From the NCBI GenBank assembly GCA_030141605.1, contig JAQGDQ010000576.1, positions 62,001-126,000 on the forward strand: a DNA stretch of 64,000 bases, given 5' to 3'. Below, one piece after another: positions 49,154 through 62,114 of this stretch; the stretch's first letter is position 1; each line of letters begins with the position of its first letter. Made by a program: the position numbers and the translations under genes. A model generated the notes under the pieces. It was not told where the DNA came from. It did not search any database and was given only the letters and a program-made list of their open reading frames with translations. Source of the stretch: Tubiluchus corallicola. Lineage: Eukaryota > Animalia > Priapulida.

Positions 49154-49291
49154 CATGTCAGAAATCCTTAATGTCCCGTAAGAAAACACAATAGCATTCG
49201 GTGGAGTTGCTACGGGCAACATGAAGGCGAATGAAGCTGCAATCACCGCTGGATACAAGAAATAATAGGGATGAACTCGTAGAGCAGACGA
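49154..49291 (-). CDS. SLC13: SLC13 paralog B exon 14 ([17 protein letters not shown])
   Basis: ttaacag / ATG|gtaggt, 138 nt. Confidence 0.96.
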
Positions 49292-49322
49292 CTGTTAAAC
49301 AAAATAAAAACTTTGTTAGTTT

Positions 49323-49855
49323 TACTAATTAGATTATTAGTGTCAATGCCAGAATGTTCAGAAATCATTAAAGTTTATTTCACGACAATTATTACCCATT
49401 GCTCGTAATGAGGCGAAGAAAAAAAGGAGACGCGAAAAAATGGTGTGCTACAAGGATGAATTCTTGGGCGTGCTCTGTCACGTTAAACTGGTAGCTTAGG
49501 TAGCAGAGTTGATGAAAGAAAGAAGACGTTGAAAAGTGGTGTGCTACAAGGATGAAATCTTGGGCCTCCTCTGTCATGTTGAGCTGGTAGCTCAGGTAGC
49601 AGAGTTGAAGAAAGAAAGAAGACGTTGAAAAATGGTGTGCTACAAGGATGAATTCTTGGGCCTGCTCTGTCATGTTGAACTGGTAGCTCGGGTGGCAGAG
49701 CAAGGGAGGTCTCGGGTTCAAATCCCGACTGGTTCACAATTTTCAGCGTCTCATTTCTTTCTTCAACTCACGATCCGCAATGGGTAATAATTATCATGAA
49801 ATAAACAGCAATGGTTTGTGGACATTCTAGCACTCATAGTCATAATTTAAGTAAT
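49323..49855. mobile_element. TIR element carrying 78-bp tandem repeats and a tRNA-like Pol III promoter (truncated copy ~19775-20155)
   Basis: ~60-80 bp imperfect inverted ends (...TTTATTTCACGACAATTATTACCCATTGC / GCAATGGGTAATAATTATCATGAAATAAA...), A box TAGCTCGGGTGG and B box GGTTCAAATCC at ~49683-49726. Confidence 0.6.
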
Positions 49856-50018
49856 GACACCGTTAATTGCCAGCTAATTTAAAGAAAAAGCCTAACTTTG
49901 CTAGTAGTGAATGTGAAATAGGTATCCTGAGCTGACAATAGCTCTTTCAATTAACGGTTTTTTCCTTGCAAATGCCGTGTATTGTTCTTAATAATGCAGA
50001 TTAATATGCCAAACCTAC

Positions 50019-50180
50019 CAGGTCAGCTAGTATAGGAATCATGATCGTAGCCGTTGCCGTATTGCTGGCAAATTCGGTGAGCGTTGCGATGATGGCGCAC
50101 AGAATGAAAACAATGAAAAATGGAGGCACCGATTGCAGAGCGCAGAGGATGGAACTAATTTCTTCAGACAGACCAGATTC
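50019..50180 (-). CDS. SLC13: SLC13 paralog B exon 13 (ESGLS...TEFASNTATATIMIPILADL)
   Basis: ttcttgcag / CTG|gtaggt, 162 nt, canonical SNT motif. Confidence 0.95.
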
Positions 50181-50534
50181 CTGCAAGAAACGGTTTGATA
50201 ACATCAGTTCGTGACCATTTGAACACCAAAATGAGAAACTGTTTTGTAGACGTAGGCGTACGAGGCGGGGGGGGGGGGGCTTAGGGGGGAAGTGGTTGCC
50301 CTCCAAGAGCAAATGTATTGTACATTTTCAGGGCAAAACTGTTTATTTTCACTGCAAACAATTCCGTTTTAAAATTTCAAAATCTAAGATTTCAATATTC
50401 AAGAATTGCTTGCGTACTGCATTAGGCCTACCTCTTTTTGAATGGCTGCAATTAAAGTGTTTCTTGTACGACGAATTGTTTTAATAATTAAAAAGTTACA
50501 ATAGAACTTGGTATCAGTTTTAGTTCACTAAACC

Positions 50535-50649
50535 CAGGGCCGGCCTTAAGCATAGGCAAACTAGGCAACCGCCTAGGGCCTCACCCTCCAGGGGGCTTCA
50601 CGCCGAGGTAACATTTTTTTGCTTTATGCGAACATACTGCCTCCTCCCT

Positions 50650-50690
<41 letters not shown>

Positions 50691-50702
50691 ACTCTCTCTC
50701 TG

Positions 50703-50769
<67 letters not shown>

Positions 50770-50876
50770 AATTGCGTAATTTTATTTTTTTCGTATTTAT
50801 TTTTTATTTTTCTATTTCATTTGGGGCCACCAAATTCACTTCGCCTAGGGCCTCCAATTACCTAAGGCCGGCCCTG
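50535..50876. mobile_element. MITE with internal (CT)n microsatellite (truncated copy 3530-3810)
   Basis: TIR CAGGGCCGGCCTTA, direct repeat CTAAACC on both sides. Confidence 0.8.
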
Positions 50877-52060
50877 CTAAACCTCATAAGTCCTTTGTAC
50901 ACTTTTCAAGTACATGCTTCTCTATGTGCTCGAAAGCTTAGTACATGTTTGTTTTGAAAAAGAAAAACATAAACCGTCGCCATTATTTCTTTTAATTTTT
51001 TTTAAACGTTAGAAACAGCTTTGTGAAAGTATTTGCATGTTTGATCAGTGAAAATGCAAACCTTTGACTTGTGTTTTGTTTGACTTTTTAGATTTTCTAA
51101 TAAAGGATGTAAGTCATAAGTCATTTATTTCATCTTACACATTTACAATAGTTTCATGTACAATATCTAGTGAAAGGGCCTACAATGGATATAATACAAA
51201 TAAGAAATACTGCACAGGAAAAGCCTCAAACACTGTTCACTTATACACGAAGGTAAATGTGTTGCGGGCAATCAAAAAGCAGGGCTTGTTAGATTGTCCC
51301 ACACAGTGATAGAAAAAAAGTAATGGAGATAATCTGAAAATTTAAAGTGAATCGTATGATAAAGAAAACATTAGTGCTTAAAATGGAATGATGTAATGAA
51401 TGCAGCTCATATATGGGATGATATAAAAGATAGAAAGACTATTATTTGTTAATAGTATGTAAAATTAAGATAACTTGATTAAGCTAACACCACTGTTTTG
51501 CAACTACTGTGTGATATTTATTATAATTCGGACTTCTTGTATTTATTTACTATTGCAATTGTTATGGGGTGTCAGGAGATGATTGTCTCTCCTCTCAAAC
51601 AAGGGCAACTTTGAAAATTTTTGGGCAAATTCCTTCTGCCCTCCTTGTGAAACTTTCTCCGGTACGCCTATTTCTGTGAAAGGTAACTAAATTTGATAAA
51701 TTGTTACAGCCGTTATAATTTAGAGCAGCACGATACTTGCCCATCTTTCCCCATTTTGCCAAAAACTAGAAGTTGATAATTTTAGTAGTTCAGCGTGAAA
51801 AATACTCATATAACCTTGACCTACTAATTTTCTTTTTGCTAAATGAAGTTTTTTACGTTTTCGTTTTTGTAGTTTGTTGGCATTAACTATCGTAATTAAT
51901 GCAGACATATTCTTGTTATAAGCCATTTGACCTTTCAAAAGTCACGTGACTCGATTTTTGACTTTTCAGACGTTACTTTGACGTTGGTGTTTGATCTTTT
52001 AGAGGCTATAGTTCTTTGACTTTCCAGAAGCCGTTTCATCTTAATGTTTGGTCAGACAAG

Positions 52061-52262
52061 CACTATTTGACATTGACTTGACCCTTGATTTTTGACCTTT
52101 CACTATTTGACATAGACTTGACCTTTGATTTTTGACATTTCACTATTTGACATTGACTTGACCTTTGATTTTTGACCTTTCACTATTTGACATTGACTTG
52201 ACTTTTGATTCTTGACCTTTCACTATTTGACATTGACTTGACCTTTGATTTTTGACCTTTCA
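52061..52262. repeat. 40-bp minisatellite, 5 units
   Basis: CACTATTTGACATTGACTTGACCTTTGATTTTTGACCTTT repeated. Confidence 0.92.
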
Positions 52263-52431
52263 TCTCCATTTTCGTGTCACGTGGCTTCTTCACAATCACA
52301 TCTTCACAAACAACGTGAAATTTTACTGGCAGGTTCAAAAACTCTATGATCCAGAAGTACAACCATTGTTATACCAATAGCACTATTCCGACTTCCTGTA
52401 CAAGTGTAAATTGCTGCACGGATTTTTTTAC

Positions 52432-52550
52432 CTGGACACCAGCAGCTAATGCATACCCTCCTCCCAAAAGGAAGATTATACTCCACGGTAACTTTTGGTG
52501 TATGGTGTCCCATCCTATCACTGTCCCTCTCGGTGACTTGGATTTAGCGT
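52432..52550 (-). CDS. SLC13: SLC13 paralog B exon 12 (LPWSIIFLLGGGYALAAGVQ)
   Basis: ttttttag / CAG|gtaaaa, 119 nt. Confidence 0.95.
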
Positions 52551-53248
52551 CTAAAAAACAATTTCCACTTTTTGTGTTAAAGAGCAGCACGAATAACACA
52601 GTTACCCTCAGGTCTAGTGTGAAGGCATAGTTATGTATAGGTTTTACATGTCAAATGTAGGCCTACGTTAACTCAAATGTAGATTTAGGTAATTCAAATG
52701 TGTCTTGGTAACTCAAATGTAGATTTAGGTAATTCAAATGTGTCCTGGTAACTCAAATGTAGACTTAGGTAGTTCAAATGTGTTAACAATGGTTTTCAAG
52801 AAATCTTAAGCATTTTTGGTAAGTCAAATGTAGACACATGTCAAGTCAAATGTGAAACTGGTATTTCAAATGTAGATAGGTGGTAAAGCTTAAAGATGTT
52901 AAATTTAATCTTTTTTAATCTTAATTTAATAATTGCTGTGAAAATAGTACCTTCTGCTTACCATTTTACTAACTAAAACTGCAGTTGCAGCAGTTACCAT
53001 TCTTCTCTCGGCGAACTTAATTTTCACTATTTCTACCACCTCAGTCATGGGACCTAATATCTTCTTCTAAGGTTGGAAACAATCAGTAATGTCATGTTTA
53101 GAGTTAGTTATAGAAGTTATAGAAAATTTCAACTAATCTGCTTTCGGCGCCTGACACAAGATGAAAAAGTTGCCAGGCTAAAGAATAAATAAAAATTACA
53201 ATTGCTGCAGCGTTGCTCATAATCTATAATTTACGTAATTTATTATAC

Positions 53249-53349
53249 CGTCACCAGAAGCAGCACAGCAAAGAAAGTTTGGACGTTCGGCTGGACATAC
53301 GAACAAAAGCAGAGTGACCAAGACAGCTGCGGTACCATCTGTGACATAC
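53249..53349 (-). CDS. SLC13: SLC13 paralog B exon 11 (YVTDGTAAVLVTLLLFVCPAERP)
   Basis: atgtag / G|gtataa, 101 nt. Confidence 0.93.
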
Positions 53350-53464
53350 CTACATGAGAACAAGACATAATTGTAAAATACAGGCATTCTTTTGCTAAAA
53401 TTTCTAGCTGGCTGTTGAGCGGTCAAGATGAAATTTATCAAACTTCAAGTTTGTTCTTGACTCT

Positions 53465-54290
53465 GTCGTCATCATCATCATCATCATCATCATTATCATC
53501 GTCATCATCATCATCATCATCGTCGTCGTCATCATCATAATCATCATCACCGTCATCATCACCGTCATCGTCATCATCGTCAAAGCCAATATGAAATTTT
53601 CTTACCCATTAGTCAAACTTCTGTCTCTTGGTGACTGTGTCATTATTATCATCATCATTATCATTACCATCGATGTCGTCGTTGTCGCCATCGTCATCAT
53701 CATCATCGTCGTCATCGTCATCATCATCACCATCATCATCACCGTCATCGTCAAAGCCAATATGAAATTTTCTTACCCATTAGTCAAACTTCTGTTTCTT
53801 GGTGACTGTGTCATCATCATCATCATTATCATTACCATCGATGTCGTCGTCGTCGCCATCGTCATCCTCCTCATCATCATCATCATTGTTATCATCGTCA
53901 TCGTCATCGTCATCATAGTCGTCGCCGTCATCATCACCGTCATCGTCATCATCGTCAAAGCCAATATGAAATTTTCTTACCCATTAGTCAAACTTCTGTC
54001 TCTTGGTGACTGTGTCATCATCATAATCATCATCATAATCATCAACATTATCATTACCATCGATGTCGTCGTCGTCGCCATCGTCATCCTCATCATCATC
54101 GTCGTCGTCATCATCATCCTCACCTTCGTCATTTTTATTACTCTGATGACATGACGCTATCATGGCTGTCATTACTGCTGTCGTCATCATACCACAGTCA
54201 CCATCATGACCATCATTATGGTCTTATTTATCATAATCCTTATTATTATCGTCGTCATTTTTGTATCATCATTTGTAGTTGTCGCTACGA
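53465..54290. repeat. (CAT/CGT)n trinucleotide region with three copies of a ~60-bp spacer
   Basis: CAAAGCCAATATGAAATTTTCTTACCCATTAGTC... at 53581, 53752 and 53956. Confidence 0.92.
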
Positions 54291-54967
54291 TTATCAGCGA
54301 TGGTAGCAGCAATAGGTCGGTGTCGTTGTAGTCACTGATTTCTACAACACATATTATAGGTTTTACATGTCACATGGAGACCTGCGTTAACTCAAATGTA
54401 GACTTGGGTAATTCAAATGTGTCTTGGTAAGTCAAATGTAGACTTTGGTAGTTCAAATGTATTAACAATGGTTTTCAAGAAATCTTAAGCATTTTTTGTA
54501 AGTCAAATGTAGGCACATGTCAAGTCAAATGTGACATTGGTATCCCAAATGTGGATAGGTGGTAAAGCTTAAGGATGCTAAATTTAATCTCCTTTAATAT
54601 TAATGTAATAATTGCTCCTAAGTTAAAATAACAACGTTATAAGGTCTACTAATAGATGCACTATCTTTGGTTTATCTTTTTCTAATTTGCACTTAAATAG
54701 CTTAGTTACCGATTTATTCAAAGTAATGCATCTACATTTGACTTACCTACGTCACATTTGAGTTACCAAAACACATTCGAAATTCCTATGTCTACATTTA
54801 CTTACCTAAGTCACATTTGAGTTACCAAAACACATTCGAAATTCCTGTGTCTACATAAGTCACATTCGAAATTCCTGTGTCTACATTTTACGTGTAAAAC
54901 CTAAATAGAACACATTTCCTGAAAATCATAAAACTTATCAACTTTTTTCATTTAAATGCTGAATTAC

Positions 54968-55072
54968 CCGGATTCAAAAAGATCTCCCCATCCTGATGTG
55001 AAAGATGGTGATCGTGTCAACCACAGAATGACTAGGAAAATGAAATTTGCTAGAACAACGGCTTCTGAAAAC
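54968..55072 (-). CDS. SLC13: SLC13 paralog B exon 10 (FSEAVVLANF...WLTRSPSFTSGWG)
   Basis: ttttcag / GG|gtaatt, 105 nt. Confidence 0.93.
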
Positions 55073-55672
55073 CTGAAAAGGTACAACAATGTGACACAAC
55101 ACAATCAAAAATTGAGATACAGTCTTTCAAGACTGCTACTTTCAAAGCTGCAAAAAATCAGAAAAATTTCGCTCTCTGGCTTTATTGATAGGTCGATTAG
55201 TGACTTTAGTTTAATGTGAATTAAATTTCTGTTTTTATTGTTCGATAGAGGTGGTCCTATCTAAAACTTTGCTTTCGTGACTGAGATACAGTATAGAAAT
55301 AATGGCGACTGATTATTGATTGCAAATTCGGCACTAGATGATGTTAATTAAATTTTATTTGTTATTAATTAATCTTCACAAATTATCATTATTATTGAAA
55401 GAGCAAAAAAGAGAAGCAAAAACGAAGTGCTGCTTTGCAATATTTACAAGGCTGCAGGACAGTGCCTAGCAGACAAGATAGTGAAAAAAGCTTGTACAGT
55501 GTAAAAAACATTGTGTGATTATTTTTTGAACATAGCCTGAACATAGCGACATTCAAACTAGCACGCTTTATTTTTGACAGCAACTTGGAAGTGTGAACTG
55601 CTTTGCGAGTTACGATCGGCAAGTTATTGCAAACTCTCGGACAGTTACTGCGAGTTAATTTGGTGTTTAGGT

Positions 55673-56138
55673 CATTGGTGTGCAAATTGCGGCCCGCCCA
55701 CGGGCCATTTACGGCCCACGGGCCGAGAAGAGATTTGTCAACCTAATGAAAGTGCGGCCCGGGCGATTAATTAAGTGTATCCAGCTGAAGTCCGTGCCAC
55801 GATCCCAAAGATAGTGCAGGTAGTTTTTTCTACTAGAACGGATGCCATTAACCCTTACAAGACGGTTGTAGCTTAATGTCACTGTACTACACAGACTGTG
55901 TGATACACATTACTAATATGCATTGTAACGAAATTACCACTATCTGTCCTGAAATATATGGTTTGTAATATAAATTTTAATAACTTCTAAAATAGTTTCT
56001 TGAGTGTAGTAGTAATGATGTACGCAGGTCGGATGCAAAAAATTTTTATTAGGCCTTTCTGTACTTGGCTCCTTGATCAAACTGCCTGTGGCCTGCAGGA
56101 ATTGCGGCCCGGCTAGTCAGATAATTTGCACACCCCTG
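55673..56138. mobile_element. hAT-type MITE, copy of 2637-3118, nested in an older TIR element (~55545-56352)
   Basis: High identity to 2637-3118; host ends resemble TAGCTCGTTCAGACTAGCGAG inverted repeats. Confidence 0.8.
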
Positions 56139-56498
56139 ATCTAGATGAACCAAGCAGAAGGCGCGCTGGTGTGAACGAGTTGGTCTCGACACTTCTCGCA
56201 GGGAATGAGAAGTGGAGTGTCAGCTCACACTTACCGTCAGAGAGTCATTGGCGGCAAGGTTTCCTCTCTGGTCTGAACGTGTTACCGAGTTACTTAACGA
56301 GTAACTTGGGGAGTTAACTTGCCGAGAAAACTCGCTAGTCTGAACGAGCTATGTTTTTTGGAATTTATTATCAACAACTTACAACAAGCCGTTCAAACGG
56401 CAATTACTGTTAGAGATTTTTTTATTACAACTATATGTAGTATTTGTATTATCTGTAAAATGAATTATTCTCCTCAGCAAGTTTGAGAATTCTTTTAC

Positions 56499-56594
56499 TT
56501 AATTGGTCCAAGTGCATTGTACTGTTTTCGAATCACACTGGTAGCTGCATCCCGCATTGTTCCACTGTCGTCATGGCAACAGCCAAACAACTTT
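56499..56594 (-). CDS. SLC13: SLC13 paralog B exon 9 (KLFGCC...IRKQYNALGPI)
   Basis: tttgcag / AA|gtaaaa, 96 nt. Confidence 0.9.
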
Positions 56595-58172
56595 CTGCAA
56601 ATCATAAAAATTATTTTCTGGTTGAACGAATTATTCAGAAATACAAAGTCGTTGTTCTCAATTTAAGCATCTCGTGGCGAATCCAGGTAAAATATCACAG
56701 GTAAGAGATCACAGGTAAAATATCACAGGTAAAATGTTACAGAAAAAAAGAAATTGCTTCTGCTAACCTAGCCAAAATTAATTGTGCCAAAATTATGACT
56801 TTTTTCCTGTGACTTCATTACCAATCACCCTTGTGACTTTTTGGACATCTTAATTTAAAATTTTAGGGTAATTAACAGTTGGCGAAATAGCCTACAGGGT
56901 AACATTTGCATGGACAAGGTTGAGCTTAAAATTCAAACTAAAATTGAACTTTGGGCCCAAAATTAAATTTTGGTGTGAAATAAAAGAACACACTGATATG
57001 TGACAAGGAACAAAATTGAGACTTTCTGATTGGATAATAACAATAAAGATAGCCTAAGATTAAAAACGAAAACAGGAGGACACACACTGCTCTATTCTGA
57101 ACTATACATTTTAACGCCTATAAAAACGCCAAAATGATTAAATAATATCTTAAAAACTTAATCAACAGCCGGTGAATCCAGCTAATGATGACGTCAGAAC
57201 TGAACATAATTTTCAACAGCACAGACACTTCATGAAAGTATTGCGCGTGTTTGCGAAAACCAAAATTAGAGTACAGTGCAACATTTAGTGTGATACACAA
57301 AAAATCGACAAATTTATGTCTGAACATTTAAATTCTAAATTTACGGCTGTGCCATCATACGATTTCACCACAAATACATGCTACGTCAGAAACGAACTAA
57401 AACACCTCTTGGGTAATAATTCTTTCATAACTCCCTATTAAAAAACAACTATGTTCTTTTTCAATATTTTGTACATTCAATTTTCTGACCTTTCGTTTAT
57501 AATTGGGTTCTGTTTCCCTTTAAGTGTGTTATCGGTTGAAAAGATGTCAAAACAAATAGTTTGTTTAAAACAAAACTGGACCCAATCTTAAACAGTAGGT
57601 CAAAACAATCTAGTCTGTCAAATATTGAAAGGAAACACACTATTTTCTCAAAAATGACTTACGTGAAAGAATTATTACCACATAAACACAAGTTCGTGTT
57701 TGAGCCACTGGTTCTTCACTGTTACATGTATTTCGCCACTTGCTAGTTAGACGGGCACTAGCGCCTGTATTTCGAAAACGCAATGCATAAAAAACAGGTG
57801 CTGTACCTCTCAGTTCATGTGCTAGTTTGTGACGAAACTGCACACGCTCGACAGTTCATGCGTGAGCACAGCGGCATATTTGGAAATTGAATTTTTATCT
57901 TAATAAAACTTGCCTAGTTATAGTATAGCACACTGAATATCTTACAGTAGCACTGTACTTCAATTTTCACTTTCGCAAACACGTGCAACACGCTCGTGGA
58001 ATATTTTCCTGTTAAAAATTATGTTAGTTTGCGATGTCATCAATAGTTGGGCTCGCCTACCGTTAATTAAGATTTTACTCTATTATTTAATTATCACAAA
58101 CGTTTTTGAAGTATTAATTGTGCTAAAATGTATACTCCACTGTAAATGTAAATGTAAATAAACCTCACTTAC

Positions 58173-58286
58173 TTGAAACCGAAGAAGTAAAACTGTAGCC
58201 ACAACCAGGCAATGGTGATGCAGACTAGAGCATTGGGTAAAGCGAACAACATCCAACTTGTGAACGAAATCTCAACTCCATAAATA
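58173..58286 (-). CDS. SLC13: SLC13 paralog B exon 8
   Basis: ttacag / AA|gtaagt, 114 nt, 3 differences from A exon 8. Confidence 0.95.
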
Positions 58287-58994
58287 CTGTAACGTAACAG
58301 GCAATATTCATATATTAATCTTTGTAACAAGAAGAACGTATCCTTTAGCTTCAAGTTCTATGTAGTTTCGCTGATCTTGGTTGTTACTTGCTAAAAGATC
58401 ACATATGTTTCTGCCGTCGTGCTGCAGGTGTCCTTGCAATAAGTAACACACCACAAACAGTTATAAACTTGAACAACATAAGTAGTCAAACAACGAAATT
58501 AAGGACTCTTGAAAAATGTGTTGTAAATTCAATATGCAGATGCAACGGAGTTAGGATTTTTATATTTTTGCACTGTGTTACAATGAATTTCAAAAACACA
58601 CAACAACAACAACAATAAGGAACAACAGCTTCATACTTTTGCATTTTTTACACCTGCTATACGTGTTCTAGTGCCCCGTGCTAATTTAAACAGTGTAGAT
58701 GGTGCAGTTAGAAATAAATTTTTGCAGTGAGCGACGGTCAAGGGACAAAATTTACTGTCCAATGGTTACTATCGAATGACCTTTCCCACCCAAGCACATA
58801 CTGTAACATTACACACAATCTTGGTTTGAACGAATAGGTAGCTCTGTGACGTAGTGCTCAGAGTTTAAACAGACAGATGAGGTGAACACACATAAACACG
58901 CCAACAGACAGATAGACGAACAGACGCGCTTTGGTATAAGTGTTAATTAAATATCATTTAACGTAAATAACAACTTTGTTGTTCTGAATATATC

Positions 58995-59549
58995 TGTGGA
59001 AGTTGGAATTGTACATTAGAATTAGGTGCTGCCATCTATGGGCTACTCCTGTTACATTCTACCAGCTGACTTACCCCCAGTATAATTGTATGGTCCAGTG
59101 AATGCATATTCACTGGTTCTCTCCCTATTTTAAAGTAATGGTTGTTGTGAGGCCTGTGCAAGTCTGCATAGGTCAAGTCCTATACCTATATACTGACTGG
59201 TTTTGCTTTCTAGTCACTCTCACTCTCACTCTCAGTGTTCAGTGTAGGAGACTCTCTCACCCTCACTCTCAGTGTTCAGTGCAGGAGACTCTCATACTCT
59301 CACTCTCAGTGTTCAGTGCAGGAAACTCTCACTCTCACTCTCAGTGTTCAGTGCAGGAAACTCTCACTCTCACTCTCAGTGTTCAGTGCAGCAGTCATGC
59401 TACTCATGTGTCTGTAGTTTTAATAAACACTTTTCTGTTGTGTGCAGTGCAAATATGTATTATAGATTTTTTATTCTTGTTCATACTTCTGTGCCTAAAC
59501 TCAATCATAACAAAGTGAGTGATCAACAACTTCAAACATAATTTTCACA
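58995..59549 (+). mobile_element. Solo LTR, family 1, about 5 internal minisatellite units
   Basis: TG...CA termini, TSD ATATC/ATATT. Confidence 0.85.
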
Positions 59550-59603
59550 ATATTTCTCGCCATCGTCTAGTCATTTTTGATTCAATGTATTTTGATAACT
59601 TAC

Positions 59604-59728
59604 GCTAGAACTTGTCCTGCTAGAACCAAGTTTGGGATCGTTCCCGTGAGGGTAGCCGTTCCACCAATGTTAGCCGAGTAACAAATGCACAACAACATGG
59701 CTTTACACAGCGTATTGTTCTCAATGCC
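59604..59728 (-). CDS. SLC13: SLC13 paralog B exon 7 ([19 protein letters not shown])
   Basis: aattag / GC|gtaagt, 125 nt. Confidence 0.95.
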
Positions 59729-59784
59729 CTAATTAAGATTAAATTATTATTATTATTTTAATTAGTTATTATTGCTTAACATTG

Positions 59785-60198
59785 TATCTCGACACTAGGA
59801 GCAGCTGCACAAGCAGCCAACGACTAGAGGACGGAGGAGGTCAAGTGACCCAACGGCCATGTGTAGAGGAGTAAACCTTCTAAATCAGGAGTGGAGCCCC
59901 GAAGGCGGACCAGTGCAGCATACTCACTGACTCTGGCAGCTCTTGCAGCCAACCTGGTGCCAAACGTATCGCTCTGCTTTCCTTTGGACTACACCAGGGA
60001 GGAAGAGAGGGGGTTCCTGTTGTCTGGGCAACTCAGGATCTCCATACACCTTGCCCAAGCGTGCACCCTGGAGACGTTCAAGGATCACACTGCTCAGCCA
60101 CAGTCGACGCTGCAGCTCCATCAATGTGATCAATAACTGACTCTCTTGGCGCACATTCCATTGTCTTCCGAGACAGAAGGATACCAACAACAACAACA
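59785..60198 (+). mobile_element. 5'-truncated copy of the 5S-derived SINE
   Basis: Same body, no 5S head, (CAA)n tail, flanking 14-bp direct repeat ATTGCTTAACATTG. Confidence 0.88.
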
Positions 60199-60496
60199 AT
60201 TGCTTAACATTGATTTCTGGCCACATACAGTTAAGCATTACAATTTAACTATTTTGCAGCTTTACTTGATTATATTTAGTTTTGGTAATAATGAAGTAGA
60301 ATTTTCTTGCTATTTTAGTGGCATTTTCCAGCTTCTACTGTTGCTGCTGCTAGTGGCGTTGTCGCCATCGTTGCTGCCAACACCTTAACCACCACAAAAT
60401 TGTTACTACTGCCACTACTGCTTAATACTTTATAAATACGTGAACAATAAAGTGTTATTCTTCACGTATATATGAAGTATTTAGCAGTAGTGGCAG

Positions 60497-60682
60497 TATA
60501 TATATATACATACATACATACACATACATACATACATACACACACATACACACATATATACACATATACATACACATACACACATATATACACATATACA
60601 TACACATACACACATAAATACACATACACATACACACATATATACACATACACATACACATACACATATATATATATATAAA
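60497..60682. repeat. (CA/TA)-rich microsatellite
   Basis: Direct reading. Confidence 0.9.
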
Positions 60683-60789
60683 TACATATTTAGCAGTAGT
60701 GGCATCTACTGTTAAGCAAAATTAATGCTTTTTTGTGAAAGGCAATTATGACTGCTAAATTATTATGACAATTTTCAAAAGCAACTTAC

Positions 60790-60943
60790 TTGAGTGTATC
60801 CTGGATTAACACCAAGGTTTTGATGAGTAGATTTACCGTGGTCATCCAGAGCGCTTTTACTCTGCCCCCAAGGGGAAAGAGTTGAATAATCAGGCTCTTC
60901 TAGAGGGGCTTCATCATCTTTACCCCCTCGGGCTGGGTTTTTT
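60790..60943 (-). CDS. SLC13: SLC13 paralog B exon 6 (loop; KNPARGGKDDE...NPGYTQ)
   Basis: ttctacag / CAA|gtaagt, 154 nt, phase 2->0. Confidence 0.8.
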
Positions 60944-62114
60944 CTGTAGAAATAAAGCAAAGTCATAATTATATGGAATTTACATGGAAACGTTTTGTAT
61001 AAGTTTGCAAACAAGCCCTGTGCTAAAATCTGCAACACCTAATAAACAACCATCATGGTGAAGCGACTTCAGAACAGAAGAGCTATATTCGGACCGGGTG
61101 TTAAACAGGTTAGCTTCACGCTGCATTAGGCATAGGTACAGATTATGCAAAACAAGGCATCATTGATACATCTTTAGAGCTAATGTTAACATAGCGCAAT
61201 CTATTATCTTTCTTCCTATCATTTCCACTAACACATCCTTCTACCCTTCCTGTGTGATCTAACCTTTCTCCCAGTTCTTTTTTTGTTCACTCATCCATTC
61301 TTTTTTTATCGGGTTCACATGACAGTGGGCTTATACAAGCCTTTGCTTCTCTAGCCCACTGCAGTACAATTATTCTTTTATGATAACGATAGTTTATGAA
61401 ACATAATAATTCAATATAGTAGATGTAATAATTTTGATGTCACTGTGTGCTTTATATTGTACTGAATGTGATAATAATAATAATAATAAATAATAAATAA
61501 ATAAAAATAGGTAACAGCAATTTTCATTACGGTAGCTTGGCGCTTATTCTAACAGAACTTAATACTGTTATAATTCTACTTCAGTGTGGCTTTAATTTAC
61601 ATTCTATCTTAAAGTGGTTTTAGCCAATCACTGTGGTTTTACTTGTATTCTAGTTTTTAACTAATTTTTTTTATAAATCTGGTTTTAGTGTGACTTTATA
61701 AATTATGCTACTAATGCTGTGAGTAATAAATTATGAATGTTTCTGATATGATGTGGATCGTGGTTATTTTAACCCTTTCAGTCCCAAATTATTTTTTTAA
61801 TAAGAAGAAATTTTTTGGCTTGGTACTTTTGTTCAGTATGTCCATCTTGTTTACACATAATTATTTTTTTCTACCTGTGCCCGTGTGCTAAATATAGCCT
61901 GTGTCCCACGGGATACATTGGGATTCAATGGAAGCATAAAATGTGCTTCATTTTGCAACTGCTGATAATTTTTTGAAGTATTTAAGACATTTAGTATGTA
62001 TGCTATGCTGATCTGTACAAAGTAGTCTCTAAAGTACTGTACCTTGCGCAGTTTTTATGCTATGAAGATTTTCTAGTTTGCCATTTTATCACCATTTTAG
62101 TCTATTGTTAGTCT

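Noticed and set aside
53591-54154. 187-aa hydrophobic repeat ORF
   Set aside because: (CAT/CGT)n expansion with a duplicated spacer.
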